From the sequence record MW749003.1: DNA of 64,000 nucleotides; one strand, 5' to 3'. The notes beneath the pieces were generated by a model. The model worked only from the letters and a program-made list of their open reading frames with translations. It searched no databases and had not been told where the DNA came from. Position numbers and translations under genes: made by a program. Below, in pieces: positions 61,858 to 64,000 of this stretch. The first letter of the stretch is position 1, and each line of letters starts with the position of its first letter.

Positions 61858-62829
61858 ATGGTAGATACTATTTTACTAGAAAAAATTTATCATAGAACAG
61901 AATTGGATCAATTAGATGAATGCTTTGAAGAAATACTTAATCTACTACCATCAAAAAATTTTAAAGATGCTGGTTTTAAAAGAAATATATCAAAAATAGA
62001 AAAACTCTTGAAGAGTACTTTTAATATAGATTGTAAAATTTTTCTTCATCCAACATTAAGTAATAAAGTAAGTTATGGTATGAGAATTTTCCCTTCTTAT
62101 GAAGAAATGAAAGGACAATATTTAGAAGCCATTGAATCTAAGAAAAAAGGTTATCAGTTAATTGATTGTCATAATGTATCAATTGAAATTGAAGGATCTC
62201 TTTTAAACCTATTTAAAAGAGAAGGAGCAACATCTAGAATGCTAACTGCAATTTTAATTCATGAAATTGGACATAAAGTATATGTTAAAGTTCAAAATGC
62301 TCTTAGGGATGAAGAAAATTCTAAGAATATGGCTAATATTGGTTATGGCATGGGATTAGCTATGGCAGTACTCTCTATGACCGTTAGAATGGGTAAGAGA
62401 ACTTTATCAGTTCCATTAACTGTAATGAGTCCAATTATAGGTTTTGTAGGTTTGGTTATGATTGTAATGGGCACAAGTTCTCTTATGGATTTTGTTGCAA
62501 ATAAATATTATTCAGAGAGAGAAATATATAGTGATAGTTTAGCAGTTAAATATGGTTATGCTGATGAGATGTATCAAACTCTTTCAATGCTTCAAAATCA
62601 CACTAACTCAACCCATAAAATTAGCACGAATGTATTTATCAATTGGATAAGGAAAAATTTAAACTTCTATTATTTAAGAAGAAAAGGAGTTATTGATGTT
62701 CTTAAAAAAGAATATCAGACTGCTGAAACCGAATTAGAGAAAGAATTGATTAAGAAAGTACTAATTGATTTAAATAATAAACAGAATAAAGATTTTGGTG
62801 AGGATAATACTCTTTTACTAAAAAAATAA
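61858..62829 (+). CDS. zinc-metalloprotease-like (HExxH) protein, paralogue of 8890-10155
   Basis: ILIHEIGH, EIYSDSLAVKYGY; SD gaggtg favours ATG 61858. Confidence 0.6.
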   Translation: MVDTILLEKIYHRTELDQLDECFEEILNLLPSKNFKDAGFKRNISKIEKLLKSTFNIDCKIFLHPTLSNKVSYGMRIFPSYEEMKGQYLEAIESKKKGYQLIDCHNVSIEIEGSLLNLFKREGATSRMLTAILIHEIGHKVYVKVQNALRDEENSKNMANIGYGMGLAMAVLSMTVRMGKRTLSVPLTVMSPIIGFVGLVMIVMGTSSLMDFVANKYYSEREIYSDSLAVKYGYADEMYQTLSMLQNHTNSTHKISTNVFINWIRKNLNFYYLRRKGVIDVLKKEYQTAETELEKELIKKVLIDLNNKQNKDFGEDNTLLLKK

Positions 62830-62863
62830 AGAAGGGCAAAGTAGCTGTCCTTCTTTATTATAA

Positions 62864-63052
62864 TTACTCAGTTATTAATTGTCCAAGATTATCAACTACA
62901 CTATTAGCAAATGGTCCAATATCATACAAGTCATCTTCCATATCATTTAGTTCTCCAATAAATTCACTATTACTATCATCATCTAGTTCTACAAAATCAA
63001 AGCTAATTTCATCAATACCATCAAGTAGTTCTTTGACCTCCGCTTTACTCAT
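62864..63052 (-). CDS. small acidic protein
   Basis: SD aaggagg; D/E-rich. Confidence 0.5.
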   Translation of the reverse strand: MSKAEVKELLDGIDEISFDFVELDDDSNSEFIGELNDMEDDLYDIGPFANSVVDNLGQLITE

Positions 63053-63182
63053 TTCAAATTCCTCCTTGAGTGAGAGTGGTATTTCTAGTTGTTTTTATTT
63101 TAACCAGAAAACTTCATCTTGAAACTCAAAAAGAAAAAAAATTCACCTGAACTAGTTTATACAGGTGAATCTCTAAGATGTT

Positions 63183-63896
63183 TTATGTTAGTTTAGTTAA
63201 TAGGATTCTAAATCCATTTACACTAACAGGAGAATATTGAATACTAGTTATATTTTTATCTGGAAATTGGTTTCTTATATAATTTTCAGTTTCTTCATTT
63301 TCAGGTATAGCAAAATAATCCAAAATGGAGTTATCACTATTTTCAAATGTTATAAAAGCACCATATAATTTGTACTCAAATCCTTCTATTCCATGAGTTT
63401 TCTTATATTCAGTAATTATCTTATCAGATATTCCCATAGTTTCTAAAGCAGTTAATATCATTTTTTCAGAAAGATCACCAAGTTTGTCAATACTCTTTAA
63501 TCTTTTCTTACTCATATAATCTATTAATTTACTTAGATTATCTAAACCATTCCGTCTTAATAAGTTAAACGTTCTTAAGTCTAGTAAATCTTTATCAATT
63601 TGATATGTTAAATTTTTCTTTCTTTTACCTTCTTGTATTTCTTCATTTTTACATTTTTCAAATGCTGTCCATACTAACTGATTTACTCTTGCTGATGATA
63701 GATTTACGATCTGTCCTACTTCTTCATTAGAAAGTATTCTATCTCCACCAAATTTTATAATTACTGTCTGTAATTCATTATTCGTAATCACATCTTTGTT
63801 TCTTTTAAAGAATTTAATTACATCCTCTAATTCATAATTAATTCCAAAGTATTCTATTATTTCCTTGTCAATATTTCTTCTCTCTTTTCGTACCAA
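63183..63896 (-). CDS. sigma-70 region 4 HTH / RNAP alpha-CTD-like fusion
   Basis: LSNEEVGQIVNLSSARVNQL..TAFEKCK; DLRTFNLLRRNGL..L..L......L..IDKLGDLSEKMI; early promoter 63928-63935 (-). Confidence 0.65.
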   Translation of the reverse strand: MVRKERRNIDKEIIEYFGINYELEDVIKFFKRNKDVITNNELQTVIIKFGGDRILSNEEVGQIVNLSSARVNQLVWTAFEKCKNEEIQEGKRKKNLTYQIDKDLLDLRTFNLLRRNGLDNLSKLIDYMSKKRLKSIDKLGDLSEKMILTALETMGISDKIITEYKKTHGIEGFEYKLYGAFITFENSDNSILDYFAIPENEETENYIRNQFPDKNITSIQYSPVSVNGFRILLTKLT

Positions 63897-64000
63897 TGAC
63901 TTTCTCTCCTTTCACTCTTTCTCATATATAATATATACTTAGTTTTATATTTTAATACGGTACAAACATTTTATTAATATATCATAATAGGAGGTTGATT

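Noticed and set aside
1-64000. tRNA, rRNA, CRISPR arrays, inteins, reverse transcriptase/DGR
   Set aside because: None recognised by eye; a tRNAscan/Infernal run would be needed to exclude small RNAs fully.

Overview
A 64-kb, very AT-rich segment of a Bacillus jumbo phage of the AR9/PBS1 type. It contains two non-virion RNA polymerase (nvRNAP) beta pieces that closely match AR9 gp105 and gp089 as I recall them, one virion RNAP (vRNAP) beta C-terminal piece, GyrA, an NAD+ DNA ligase, RecA/UvsX, HU, PIN-PhoH, a Nudix hydrolase, and a T4-like head module (neck, prohead protease, major capsid). The ORF track fragments five essential genes. Reading the sequence resolves them into spliced genes carrying seven group I introns, each with U at the 5' splice site and G at the 3' end, and each restoring a conserved motif in frame: gyrA x2 (4045-4398, 4495-4852), HD-vRNAP beta x2 (31285-31612, 31721-33151), nvRNAP beta-C (42613-43962), ligA (47465-48062) and prohead protease (58289-58631, minus strand). 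Two introns carry intact Zn-repeat/Vsr-like homing endonucleases. Each has a phage late promoter inside a hairpin that pairs with its ribosome-binding site. One intron carries a decayed endonuclease and four have no ORF. Two phage promoter classes can be read directly: early TATATTAT-N6-G and late AACA-N6-T(A/G). Other highlights: an HD-domain/vRNAP fusion with a candidate protease-cleavage linker, a YneA-like division-inhibitor mimic, a sigma-region-4/alpha-CTD fusion, two late zinc-metalloprotease-like proteins, and an 8.5-kb late operon built from triplicated paralogues (candidate tail-fibre module). No tRNA, rRNA or CRISPR array was seen. All homology calls come from motif recognition without database searches.
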